From: Candidatus Forterrea multitransposorum CG_2015-17_Forterrea_25_41
GTDB lineage: Archaea > Iainarchaeota > Iainarchaeia > Iainarchaeales > CSSED10-239
Assembly (NCBI GenBank): GCA_009392915.1
Contig: CP045477.1
Coordinates: forward strand, 1 to 64,000
Length of the DNA: 64,000 nt
Direction: 5' to 3'
Part shown: positions 49,747-59,348 of the stretch, in pieces
How the letters are laid out: every line of letters starts with the position of its first letter
Position numbering within the stretch: the stretch's first letter is position 1
Notes under the pieces: model-generated
The model's database searches: none
Seen by the model: only the letters and a program-made list of their open reading frames with translations
Told to the model about the DNA's origin: nothing
Position numbers and translations under genes: made by a program

Positions 49747-50320
49747 ATTCTAATAATATTCCTTTAATTCTTTCATATGTGATTTTAGGATCATTCAATC
49801 TTATTAGTAATTCATTTATGTGATTTTTATTATTTTTTAATTTTTTAATCAAAACATTTGTTATATTTTCTTTTTTAATTTTAGGTATTTTTTTTAAGAA
49901 TTTCGCAAAATTAATTATTATTTCTCTTGCTTCTTTTGAATTATAATTAAGAGAAACTAATGATATTATTTCTTTTGCTTTCTTAGAAGAAACTTCTTTA
50001 TTGATTAAAAACTTTAAATATATTTTTTTTTGTGCTGTAGTTAGTTTCTCTTCTTCGACAACTTTTCTTTTACTAACTTTTTTTAAGATTTCTTCTTCTT
50101 TTTTTAAACTGTTAAAAAACTGTTTTACACTAAACTTATTTTCTTCAATAGATTTTTTTATTCTTTCATAAATAATAGGATCTTTTTTAATGGTTTTTGT
50201 TAAAAGATTAATTTCGTTTATAGTTAAGTCTAGCCTATAAAGTTCAGGATATTTTTTATCCATTTTAACTAAAACTTCTTTTGTTCTTTTTAATGCTCTA
50301 TTATTTATATTTCTTGGCAT
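49739..50320 (-). CDS. Hypothetical lysine-rich protein
   Basis: 193-aa ORF; helical and basic; no motif recognised. Confidence 0.3.
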   Translation of the reverse strand: MPRNINNRALKRTKEVLVKMDKKYPELYRLDLTINEINLLTKTIKKDPIIYERIKKSIEENKFSVKQFFNSLKKEEEILKKVSKRKVVEEEKLTTAQKKIYLKFLINKEVSSKKAKEIISLVSLNYNSKEAREIIINFAKFLKKIPKIKKENITNVLIKKLKNNKNHINELLIRLNDPKITYERIKGILLEFK

Positions 50321-50425
50321 GTTTAATCTTTCTTTTATTTATATTTATTTAGAAGATGTATATTCTTTTAAATGTATTCTATAATATATATATTATATAA
50401 AAATATTTCAAGGAGTGAATTAAAT

Positions 50426-50743
50426 ATGTCAGAAAATGTAACTGAATTAAATGATACTAATTTTAAAGAAACAATTACTGGAAAAGAAATTGTAGTTGTT
50501 GATTTTTGGGCTGCATGGTGTGGACCTTGTCAGATGTTTGCTTCAATTTTTGAAAATTTTGCAAAAGAAAATACTAATGTTTTTTGTGTAAAAGTTAATG
50601 TTGATGATTCTCCAAATATTTCTAAAGAATATCAAGTAATGTCAATTCCTACAATACTTTTTATAAAAAATGGAGAAGTTGTTAAAAAACAAGTAGGTGT
50701 ACTTTCTAAAGAAATTATTAAGCAAATTGTTAATGAATTATAA
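50426..50743 (+). CDS. trxA: Thioredoxin
   Basis: WAAWCGPCQM active site; AAGGAGTGA RBS 8 nt upstream of the Met at 50426 (the reported ORF start at 50372 is likely too far upstream). Confidence 0.85.
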   Translation: MSENVTELNDTNFKETITGKEIVVVDFWAAWCGPCQMFASIFENFAKENTNVFCVKVNVDDSPNISKEYQVMSIPTILFIKNGEVVKKQVGVLSKEIIKQIVNEL

Positions 50744-50782
50744 AATTATTTTTTTTAAAAATTTAAAAGGAGTTTATCAAAA

Positions 50783-52288
50783 ATGAAACTAGAATTAAAA
50801 ATAAAAATATTAGATATTTATGCAAATTATCCAATAGTTATTATGCATCCAAGATCATCATTAAGTTTAGGTGCACAAAATTTAGATAGATTAGAAGTTA
50901 AAAATGAAAAAATTGATACAGCTTTTGTTTTAGACACTTCAAATTCTTATGTTACAGAAAATGAATTAGGTATTTTTAAAGATACAGCAAAAGATCTAAG
51001 TTTAAACAACGGAGATAAAGTAGTTGTAAAATTACAAACACCTCCTCTTGCAACTAAATATATAATGGATAAAATAAAAAATAAAACTTTAGAAAAAGAA
51101 GAAATTGATGAAATTGTAAAATCTATAGAAAACAATTCTTTATCAGAAGTTGAATTATCTGCTTTTGTAACTGGAGTTTTCATAAATGGTCTTAATTTAG
51201 AAGAAACTAAATTTTTATGTAATTCTTTAGTTGATATTGGAGATAGAATTGATTTTGGAGAAAACATTATTTTAGATAAACATTCTATTGGTGGAATTAA
51301 TGGTAGAGTTTCAATGATATTAACTCCAATTATTGCATCTTTAGGTTATAAAATTCCAAAAACAGCGTCTAGATCAATAACTTCTGCAGCAGGTACTGCT
51401 GATGCCATGGAAGTTTTAGCTCCTGTAAGCTTTGATGTTGAAGAAATTAAAGAAATTATAAATAAAGCAGGTGGAGTTGTTGCATGGGAAGGTAAATTTG
51501 ATCTTTGTCCTGTAGATAATAAATTAATTGATATTGAACATGCTTTAGGAATTAATCCAGAAGGAATAATGATTGCATCTATTCTTTCAAAGAAAAAAAG
51601 TATAGGTTCAACTCATCTTGTAATTGATATTCCTGTTGGAAGAGATGTTAAAGTTAAAAATAAAGAAGATGGAGAACGTCTTGCAAAGAAATTTATAACT
51701 ATTAGTGAATCTTTAGGTATTAAATCTAAGGTTGTTTTAACTGATGGTGATAAACCTTGTGGGGATTTCTTTGGTCCAGCTCTTGAAGCTAAAAATGTTT
51801 TAGAACTTTTAGAAGGTAAATATCAAGACTCTGTTTTAGAGAAAGCATGTCTTCTTGCAGGTGAACTTTTAGAGCTTGTTGGAAAATCAAAAAATGGAGA
51901 AGGTTATCTTCTTGCAAAAGAAATTGTAACTTCTGGAAAAGCTTTAGATAAATTTATTGAAATTATTAAAATTCAAGGTGGAAGTATTTTAAGATCAGAA
52001 GATGTTCCAAAAGCTAAGTTTATACAAAAGATTTATTCTTCACAAGCAGGGGATGTAAATAATTTTGATGTTTCAAAAATAACTCATTTAGCAAAACTTT
52101 TAGGTGCTCCAAAAGATATTGAAGCAGGTGTTGTTTTATTCTGTCAAGTAGGAGATTCTGTACAAGTAAATGATGCTATATTAGAGTTCCATGCAAATAC
52201 AGAAGAAAAAATATCAAGAGCTATTGAGTATTTAAAAGATAATAATCCTGTTATCTTTGATAAAATGGTTTTAGAAGAGTTTGAATAA
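50783..52288 (+). CDS. AMP phosphorylase / thymidine phosphorylase-family protein (glycosyltransferase family 3)
   Basis: ~500 aa with an N-terminal extension as in archaeal AMP phosphorylase (DeoA type); phosphate/nucleoside-binding core SIGGINGRVS, TASRSITSAAGTAD. Confidence 0.65.
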   Translation: MKLELKIKILDIYANYPIVIMHPRSSLSLGAQNLDRLEVKNEKIDTAFVLDTSNSYVTENELGIFKDTAKDLSLNNGDKVVVKLQTPPLATKYIMDKIKNKTLEKEEIDEIVKSIENNSLSEVELSAFVTGVFINGLNLEETKFLCNSLVDIGDRIDFGENIILDKHSIGGINGRVSMILTPIIASLGYKIPKTASRSITSAAGTADAMEVLAPVSFDVEEIKEIINKAGGVVAWEGKFDLCPVDNKLIDIEHALGINPEGIMIASILSKKKSIGSTHLVIDIPVGRDVKVKNKEDGERLAKKFITISESLGIKSKVVLTDGDKPCGDFFGPALEAKNVLELLEGKYQDSVLEKACLLAGELLELVGKSKNGEGYLLAKEIVTSGKALDKFIEIIKIQGGSILRSEDVPKAKFIQKIYSSQAGDVNNFDVSKITHLAKLLGAPKDIEAGVVLFCQVGDSVQVNDAILEFHANTEEKISRAIEYLKDNNPVIFDKMVLEEFE

Positions 52289-52304
52289 AACTCTTTTTCT
52301 TTTT

Positions 52305-53102
52305 TTATTTTTTAATTAAATTATATATTTTTTCAAATTCCTTTACAGATATTTGTTTTACTTTTTTAGTCTGTAATTTTTCTGGAATAAGTTTTATTTT
52401 ATCTAAAGAAATTATTTCTTTATTTTCAGAATTAGAATGTTTAAAGCTATTAACTATATCTTTATTTGGATATCTAAAAATATTTTTAATAAACTGATTA
52501 TAATTATCATCTACTTTTGTGTTCTTTTTTGGAATTATTGAAACTATTGAAGAATCAACTTTTGGTTTTGGAAAAAAAGATGCTTTTCTAATGTTTCTAA
52601 TATTTTTTATATCACTATGTGATTGTAAAAGTACACTGATTGAAACATAATTTGCAAAACCTTCATATGCAACTAATTTTTCTGCAAATTCTTTTTGTAC
52701 AACTAGACATGCTGGTTTAGTTGCTATTATCTTATCAATTATTTTTAAAGATATTGAATAAGGAATAAATCCAACAATTTTATCAAATTTAAGTTTAGAT
52801 AGATCTACTTCTAAAAAATCAGAATGGATTATTTCTAGATTTTTATCTGGATATTCTTTTTTTAAGATTTCAACCATTATTGGATCTTTTTCAATAGCAA
52901 TTACTTTTTTAAAAACTTTTAAAAGTTCTTTTGTTACAAATCCAAGTCCAGGCCCAATTTCTAGAACTGTTTCTTCTTTATTAGGTTTAATTGTTTCAAT
53001 TACTTTAGAAATAGAGTTTTTATCTATTATAAAATTTTGATCTAATTTATGGTTAGGTTTAAATCCATGAATAAGCATTAATCTATATATTTCTTTTTGC
53101 AT
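52305..53102 (-). CDS. rsmA: 16S rRNA (adenine1518/1519-N6)-dimethyltransferase KsgA/Dim1
   Basis: SAM-binding VLEIGPGLGFVT motif; 265 aa; conserved position next to DUF655/rpoF/rpl21e. Confidence 0.8.
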   Translation of the reverse strand: MQKEIYRLMLIHGFKPNHKLDQNFIIDKNSISKVIETIKPNKEETVLEIGPGLGFVTKELLKVFKKVIAIEKDPIMVEILKKEYPDKNLEIIHSDFLEVDLSKLKFDKIVGFIPYSISLKIIDKIIATKPACLVVQKEFAEKLVAYEGFANYVSISVLLQSHSDIKNIRNIRKASFFPKPKVDSSIVSIIPKKNTKVDDNYNQFIKNIFRYPNKDIVNSFKHSNSENKEIISLDKIKLIPEKLQTKKVKQISVKEFEKIYNLIKK

Positions 53103-53116
53103 AATAATTAATTTTT

Positions 53117-53638
53117 TTATTTTTTAATAAGATATGGCATTGTAAATAAATTATATTTAATTTCTTCGCCACCGATGATTTCATCAATAACCCTATTTAC
53201 AACAACCTTTACAGGATCTGGCATCATTTCTATTTCTCTAATGTCATCAAAAGAAGTGAATTTACCTTTTTTCTTAATATGTTCAATGATTGCCATTCTA
53301 TGTTTTACACCTATCATTGGTAAAAGATCAAGTTGATGTCTTCTAAGACCAATTGGTTTTGCATTATTGAAAAAATTTACAAATTTATCTGAGTGTTCAG
53401 TTACAATTGTTTCAATTGCTTTGTCAAGTTCTTTTTTTCCAACATTTGATAATCTATTATAATTTATTCTTCTTACAATTAAATTTTCTGTGGAAATTTT
53501 TTCTTGAATCTTATGATTTTCTGAAGTAACAATTTCAAGTAAAGAAAAGTTAGAGCTACCAATACAGTGAATAACATCTGTTTGTTTAAATTTAATATCT
53601 TTCTTTAGTCTATCTAAAACTATTGCTTCTTTCATCAT
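53117..53638 (-). CDS. DUF655/COG1491-family predicted nucleic-acid-binding protein
   Basis: 173 aa; sits between ksgA and rpoF as in many archaea. Confidence 0.45.
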   Translation of the reverse strand: MMKEAIVLDRLKKDIKFKQTDVIHCIGSSNFSLLEIVTSENHKIQEKISTENLIVRRINYNRLSNVGKKELDKAIETIVTEHSDKFVNFFNNAKPIGLRRHQLDLLPMIGVKHRMAIIEHIKKKGKFTSFDDIREIEMMPDPVKVVVNRVIDEIIGGEEIKYNLFTMPYLIKK

Positions 53639-53647
53639 AAAATTTAA

Positions 53648-53971
53648 TCACTCTTTTTTGTATTTCTTTAAAATTTCTATGATTTTTTCTTTTTTATCAT
53701 CATCAATATCTTTTTCTTTTTCTAATATTAAGTTTAATTCTGTAACATTAGGCAAGATATCAGTTATTTTTGTTGCAAGTTCATCAGATAATTCTATTTC
53801 AATTAAAGCTGATTTTAACTTTTCTGCTGTTGCAGGAGTTAAACTTGCAAATAACTTTGCATGCTCGTGTGCATGTTTTTGTTCGAAATTTAATTCTTTT
53901 TCTTTTGCTTTTTCAGTTAATACTTTCTTAACTTCATTTAATGTTACGTCTTCAACATATTTATAATTCAT
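53648..53971 (-). CDS. rpoF: DNA-directed RNA polymerase subunit Rpo4/F
   Basis: 107-aa acidic helical protein in the conserved L21e-RpoF-DUF655-KsgA neighbourhood. Confidence 0.5.
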   Translation of the reverse strand: MNYKYVEDVTLNEVKKVLTEKAKEKELNFEQKHAHEHAKLFASLTPATAEKLKSALIEIELSDELATKITDILPNVTELNLILEKEKDIDDDKKEKIIEILKKYKKE

Positions 53972-54288
53972 TTTTTCACCTTTTTAACTTTAGGTATTTG
54001 TTTTATAGGTTTTAAATGAACTCTTTCAGTTATAACTTTCTTTTTTAAATTTCCATCATAAATTTCCATAACTGGGGCTTTTCCTTGGAAAGAAACTAAT
54101 TTACCTGTTTTTCCTTGCATTCTTTTATGAGGAAGTCCTTGATGTTTAGAACTGTTAATGTTTATTTGGTATGTTCCACCAATTTCAACTGGTTTTAGTA
54201 CTTCATTAACTGTTGTTTTTGCTCTAACATTTCTTTTCATTAAACTTCTTGTTTTTGCTCTTTTTCCGTGTGCTTTTTTTCCTGACAT
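53968..54288 (-). CDS. rpl21e: 50S ribosomal protein L21e
   Basis: MSGKKAHGKRAKTRSL... basic N-terminus and L21e length. Confidence 0.8.
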   Translation of the reverse strand: MSGKKAHGKRAKTRSLMKRNVRAKTTVNEVLKPVEIGGTYQININSSKHQGLPHKRMQGKTGKLVSFQGKAPVMEIYDGNLKKKVITERVHLKPIKQIPKVKKVKK

Positions 54289-54527
54289 ATTTAATTACCT
54301 TTTTTTATATTTTTTAAGACTTTGAAAAATTAAGTCACTAGACTAATAAATATCAAAATCTATTAATTATTCAATATATATTAATAGAATAGATATGTTT
54401 TAAAAGAGATTCTTAGGGGAAGAGGGTTTTGAAAATTCATTTTATTTATATTCCTTTAAATACCCCTTTATAAATATTTTGCTTTATAATATATCTAAAG
54501 TGCATATATAAAAATAGGTGATTTCTT

Positions 54528-55136
54528 ATGTCTTATAAAATACAAAATTTAGTTGCATCTTCTAATCTTGAAACTACATTAGATCTTTATAATCTTGCAG
54601 CTGCAATACCTGATGTTGAATACGAACCAGAACAATTTCCAGGAGCTATATTTAAACTTAAAGAACCAAAAGTAACTTTACTTTTATTTAAGAATGGAAA
54701 ATTAATAATCTCTGGAGCTTCAAATGAAGATGATATTGTTGCAGGAATTAAAAAAGCAACAAAGTTAATTAATGAAATTCAAAAAGAAGTTAAAATTAAA
54801 AAATCAGTAAATTATACCATTGTTAATTTAGTTGCAACTTCAAATCTTAATAAACCAGTTGATTTATTCCAAGCTGCAGTAACTTTAGATGATATTGAAT
54901 ATGAACCAGAACAATTTCCTGGTGCAATAATTAGAATTCATAATCCAAAAATTACAATTCTTTTATTTAAGAATGGTAAAATGATTTGTGCTGGTGCAAA
55001 ATCAGAAGCAGATATTAAGAAAAGTATTACTGTTGTAAAGAAATTATTAAAAGACAACAATTCTGAAGGTGAAGAAAAGTTATCTTTTAAACCAGAAAAG
55101 AAAGCAATTGCAAAGAAATCAGTTAAAAAGAAATGA
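54528..55136 (+). CDS. tbp: TATA-box-binding protein
   Basis: Two direct repeats (IQNLVASSNLETTLDL...YEPEQFPGAIF and IVNLVATSNLNKPVDL...YEPEQFPGAII); TATA/BRE-like TTTATAAATATTTTGC ~70 nt upstream. Confidence 0.85.
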   Translation: MSYKIQNLVASSNLETTLDLYNLAAAIPDVEYEPEQFPGAIFKLKEPKVTLLLFKNGKLIISGASNEDDIVAGIKKATKLINEIQKEVKIKKSVNYTIVNLVATSNLNKPVDLFQAAVTLDDIEYEPEQFPGAIIRIHNPKITILLFKNGKMICAGAKSEADIKKSITVVKKLLKDNNSEGEEKLSFKPEKKAIAKKSVKKK

Positions 55137-55211
55137 TTTCTTTTTTTCTTATTTTTTAATAAAATATTTAAAAAGAATCTATTTATAAACTTTGTGGTTC
55201 TTATTATTTAT

Positions 55212-55327
55212 GTTAGCGGCCATAGGGATGGAGAAACACCTGGACCCTTTCCGAACCCAGAAGTTAAGTCTATTGCCGTTTTAGTTCGCTGTTAGTTCAT
55301 GCTAGTAGCGTCTTTAAAGCTGCTAAC
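55212..55327 (+). rRNA. 5S ribosomal RNA
   Basis: GTTAGCGGCCATAGGGATGGAGAAACACCTGGACCCTTTCCGAACCCAGAAGTTAAGTC matches the 5S helices I-III/loop C consensus; terminal helix pairs GTTAGCGGC with GCTGCTAAC; AT-rich divergent 3' half. Confidence 0.75.
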
Positions 55328-55537
55328 ATTTAATATTTTCTATTTTATAAAAAAGAATTATTAAAAGCTATTTTTTTTAAAAATAATTTTTCTACAAGCA
55401 AAACTTATTTTTTTATAAATAATTTAGTTCTTGTTTAGATAAACTTAAATTAAATCTATTTTTTAAAATTAAATATCTTTTAATATATTTCCCTACACAT
55501 TTATTTATTATAATTATTTATTTAAGGGGAAAAATAT

Positions 55538-57490
55538 ATGATAGATACAAAAACAGAATCAAATGCATTTAATACTTTTTTTACAAAACATAAAAAAATT
55601 ATATTTATATTACTTATTTTTTTAATGGCTTTTGCTGTTAGGGGACATCTTTTAAAATATGACAATATGTTTGAATTTGATACATATTGGCACTTAAGAA
55701 TGACAGGTTATGTTCTTCAAGGAGATTTACCTGATTATGATCCATTAGGTTTCTATGCAGAAGGAGGAACTCCACTTTCAGATAGACCCTCTTTTGTATG
55801 GTATTTAACTTCATTTTTATATATTTTATTTACTCTCGGAGCTCCCTACAATAAAGCTTTACTTATGGAGTTTGCAAGGTTTTTGCCAGCAATCTTTGGT
55901 GCTTTAATCTCAGTTGCAATGTATTTTTTAGGTAAAGAAATTTATAATCGTAAAGCTGGATTTATAATGGCAATAGTTACAGCTACAATTCCTGCATTTG
56001 TTTATAGAACCATGGCTGGTTTTTATGAAGAAGATGCTTTAGGATTTTTATGGATGATTTTAGGTTTTATTTTCCTTGTTAAAGCAATAAAAAATATGCA
56101 TTCAAGAAAACAAAATATAAGATACTCTTTATTATCTGGTTTGTTTTTTGGACTTATGGCTTTTACTTGGTCTGCATTTATTTTGATACCTTTAATTATA
56201 GTTTCATTTTTAATTGCAAATTTAATATACATGGCTTATAAGAATTATTCAAATAAAGATATTGCTTTATTTTTAAAAACCATTGTAATTTCTTTTGTAA
56301 TTTTTGCAGCTTTAGCTTCAATTGCTCAACCTGGTTGGGTAAAGACTACAGGTAATTATGTAATTGATAATATACCTTTAAATAAAGAAAACATAGATAA
56401 ACTTTCAAATAATGTAACTTCAGAAACTGATGTTGTAAAAGCATCTGTTGGTGAGGAAAATACAGGAAAGCAATTTTTCTTATATAAGTATAGTTTCCTT
56501 TTATGGATTCCGTTTGTTGTACTTTTAATAATGCCACTTAATTTATTATTTTCAAAAAAGAAAGATAATTTAACTTTATTACTTTTCTTTTGGATTTTAA
56601 TAACTTTATTGATGGCTTGGTCAAAATTAAAGTTTACATTTTATTTTGGAATACCGATAGCTGTATCTGCTGGATTTTTAATTTATTTTATAAATGAATG
56701 GATTAATAAAAATTCTACAGTTTTAAGAAAAAGAGTGTTTGCAATATTTATTGGTTTAATATTATTAACATCTATTGCTGCAGGTACACATGAAGTTTAT
56801 TCTAAAGTTCCACATATTGTTGAAAAAACAGATTGGAGGGAATCAATCTTTTGGATTGCAGAAAATACGTCTCCTGATGCAAAAATATTTAACTGGTGGG
56901 ATTATGGTCACTGGATAACTTATTTTTCAGAAAGAAAGGCCAGTACTGATAATACTAATTCCAATATATCAGGTACTAGTGACTTTGGATTATTTATTTT
57001 AAGTCAAGATTTAAATTATACAGCAAATCTTATGAAAAAATATGATGCTGATTATTTTATAGCAGATAATGGTTATTTTAATAGATATGCTTCATTTGGA
57101 TCTTACGGTTTTATTACTACAAATTATCAAGACCCAAGAATTAAAAGTTATGTTTCATTTTCTTTAGATTGTTATCCTGGCTCTGTAGGTGATGGTAAAC
57201 TTGCATACAAATGTGGAGAAAATATATTTACAGAAGAAGAATTTAATTCATTTCCAACAGTCTGGAATGATAAACCAAAAGATGTAATGAATGGAGTTCC
57301 AATCTTTATGTATCGTTTAGAAGATAACTCTAAATTATTTATTTTAAATACATCTTCAAATAATTCTACATTTGCAAAAATATGGTTTAATGAAAATATT
57401 CATTCTCAATTATTTTCTTTAGCTTATGAAAATGGGGCTGTAAGAATCTATGAAGTTAATAAAGAAAAAGTGAACGAGTATGCAGAATAG
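55538..57490 (+). CDS. aglB: Oligosaccharyltransferase AglB (STT3 homolog)
   Basis: Polytopic N-terminal domain and diagnostic WWDYGHWI motif; 650 aa. Confidence 0.85.
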   Translation: MIDTKTESNAFNTFFTKHKKIIFILLIFLMAFAVRGHLLKYDNMFEFDTYWHLRMTGYVLQGDLPDYDPLGFYAEGGTPLSDRPSFVWYLTSFLYILFTLGAPYNKALLMEFARFLPAIFGALISVAMYFLGKEIYNRKAGFIMAIVTATIPAFVYRTMAGFYEEDALGFLWMILGFIFLVKAIKNMHSRKQNIRYSLLSGLFFGLMAFTWSAFILIPLIIVSFLIANLIYMAYKNYSNKDIALFLKTIVISFVIFAALASIAQPGWVKTTGNYVIDNIPLNKENIDKLSNNVTSETDVVKASVGEENTGKQFFLYKYSFLLWIPFVVLLIMPLNLLFSKKKDNLTLLLFFWILITLLMAWSKLKFTFYFGIPIAVSAGFLIYFINEWINKNSTVLRKRVFAIFIGLILLTSIAAGTHEVYSKVPHIVEKTDWRESIFWIAENTSPDAKIFNWWDYGHWITYFSERKASTDNTNSNISGTSDFGLFILSQDLNYTANLMKKYDADYFIADNGYFNRYASFGSYGFITTNYQDPRIKSYVSFSLDCYPGSVGDGKLAYKCGENIFTEEEFNSFPTVWNDKPKDVMNGVPIFMYRLEDNSKLFILNTSSNNSTFAKIWFNENIHSQLFSLAYENGAVRIYEVNKEKVNEYAE

Positions 57491-58508
57491 TGTTTTATTC
57501 TTTATATTTTTAGGTTTTTCTTTTTTCTTTTCTTTATTTTTATCTTTATTTTTAGTTCCAATGTTTATTAAAATTATTTCTAAGACTTCATATTTAGGAA
57601 AAGATATGAATAAATACAATAAAAATTTAGTTTGTGAACTTGGAGGAGTTCCAGTTTTTTTAAGTTTTATTTTTTCAATTTTTTTAATAATGTTATTAAA
57701 TTTTGTTTTAATTTCAATTTTTAGTTTTAATTTTTCAGTAATTGATTTCATTCAGTTTAGTTTAATTATTATTGCTTTATTTTCAATCTTTTTTGTAGGA
57801 TTTATTGATGATATTTTAGGTTGGAAAAAAGGAATTAGTCAAATTCAACATTTTATATATCCTTTAGTATTTTCAATTCCTTTAATCATATATGCTTTAA
57901 TTTATGAAATTACAACTCTTTATGTTCCTTTACTAGGTGTTTTTAATGTTGGCTTACTTTATGCATTTATTCTAGTTCCAATTGCATTTACTGCAACTAC
58001 AAATCTTTTAAATTTACTTGCTGGATTTAATGGTCTTGAAGCTGGTATGGGAATTATAGTTTTTTTAACAATTTCAATTTTTTCTATTTTTCAAGGAAAC
58101 ATTACTCTTGTAATTATTTTATTTGCATGGATTGGTGCACTTTTAGGTTTTTTAAAATTTAATAAATTTCCATCTAAAATGTTTCCAGGAGATATTATTA
58201 CTTTAATTAATGGATCTTTAGTTGGAATTTCTGCAATTGTTTTAGGTTTAGAATTATTAATTGCTTTTTTAATTGTTCTTTTTATAATTGAATTTATAAT
58301 TAAAGCAAAACACAAGTTTAAAACAGAATGTTTTGGATTAATTTCAAAATCTGGAATTATAAAACCAAATCCTAAGGGTGGTTCTTTAACTCATGTAGTT
58401 TTAAGCAAAGGAAGGTTTACTGAAAAGAAATTAGTTAATGTTTTTTATATTTTACAAGGAGTAATTTCTGCAATTTCATTAATTCTTTTCTTTATTGTGT
58501 ATATTTGA
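57480..58508 (+). CDS. Glycosyltransferase family 4 (MraY/WecA/AglH-like polyprenyl-phosphate sugar-1-phosphate transferase)
   Basis: Polytopic; NLLNLLAGFNGLEAG motif (the NxxNxxDGxDGL equivalent); overlaps the aglB stop. Confidence 0.6.
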   Translation: MQNSVLFFIFLGFSFFFSLFLSLFLVPMFIKIISKTSYLGKDMNKYNKNLVCELGGVPVFLSFIFSIFLIMLLNFVLISIFSFNFSVIDFIQFSLIIIALFSIFFVGFIDDILGWKKGISQIQHFIYPLVFSIPLIIYALIYEITTLYVPLLGVFNVGLLYAFILVPIAFTATTNLLNLLAGFNGLEAGMGIIVFLTISIFSIFQGNITLVIILFAWIGALLGFLKFNKFPSKMFPGDIITLINGSLVGISAIVLGLELLIAFLIVLFIIEFIIKAKHKFKTECFGLISKSGIIKPNPKGGSLTHVVLSKGRFTEKKLVNVFYILQGVISAISLILFFIVYI

Positions 58509-58514
58509 TGTATT

Positions 58515-59348
58515 ATGAGGTTAATTTCTTTTAATAAATTTTTAATAATTTCAAGGCCTATTCTTTTCCCACTTATTTTTATTTGTTTATTGGTTGCTTT
58601 TTTTTATACTTTTAAATCTTTTAAATTTTTAAATTTAATTGATTTAATATTTATTTTATTATTAACTTTTTTAGTTCCTTTTTTTACATTTTCAATAAAT
58701 GACCTTGGAGATTATTATTCTGATAAAAAAAATGTTAGGAAAAAAAATATTCTTTTTGGTAAATTTCAAAAAGATTTATTATTTTTTAAAGATTCAATTT
58801 ATTTATACAATTTTTTAATATTTTTAATTTTATTTATTTATTCTTTAATATTTTATAATTTAGAAACAGTAATTATTTTGTTATTACTTTTATTTTTTAT
58901 TTATTTTTATTCTGCAAAACCAATTAGATTTAAAGAAATTTTTATTTTAGATTTTTTATCAAACGGAATAATTACATTGCTTTGTTTTGCTTTAATTTAT
59001 TCTTTTAAATATTCTTTTTTTGATTTACCATTAGGAATTTATTTAATTTCTTTGGCAATTTCTTCCTATCATTTAATTGCTGCTCAATTAGATTATTCTC
59101 CAGATAAACTTGCAAATCAAAAGACAACTATAATATTAATAAATAATAGACATATAATTTATTCATTAACTTTATTACTAAATGTACCTTTATTTTTAAT
59201 TTCTTTTAATTCTATTTTTAGATATTTAGTTTATTTAAATATAATAATAATCTTAACTTTATGGTTTTTTCCAAAGATAAATAAAAAAATAGTTTTTTGT
59301 GTATTTATTATTTTTTGGACTTTTATTTGTATTTTTTATTTTATTTAA
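58515..59348 (+). CDS. UbiA-family-like polytopic prenyltransferase
   Basis: Multiple TM helices; INDLGDYYSDKKN resembles the Asp-rich NDxxDxxxD UbiA motif. Confidence 0.4.
   Translation: MRLISFNKFLIISRPILFPLIFICLLVAFFYTFKSFKFLNLIDLIFILLLTFLVPFFTFSINDLGDYYSDKKNVRKKNILFGKFQKDLLFFKDSIYLYNFLIFLILFIYSLIFYNLETVIILLLLLFFIYFYSAKPIRFKEIFILDFLSNGIITLLCFALIYSFKYSFFDLPLGIYLISLAISSYHLIAAQLDYSPDKLANQKTTIILINNRHIIYSLTLLLNVPLFLISFNSIFRYLVYLNIIIILTLWFFPKINKKIVFCVFIIFWTFICIFYFI

Noticed and set aside
50372-50425. N-terminal 18-aa extension of the thioredoxin ORF
   Set aside because: A strong AAGGAGTGA RBS sits 8 nt upstream of the internal Met at 50426, and the thioredoxin fold begins there. The upstream residues (MYSIIYILYKNISRSELN) are probably untranslated.
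53658-53966. 102-aa plus-strand ORF
   Set aside because: Exactly antisense to the rpoF-like gene. The Ser/Phe-rich product is the mirror of a K/E-rich sense gene, and the conserved L21e-RpoF-DUF655-KsgA context supports the minus-strand gene.
57419-57751. 110-aa minus-strand ORF spanning the aglB/GT4 junction
   Set aside because: Antisense to two overlapping, well-supported membrane-protein genes; lysine-rich low-complexity product.
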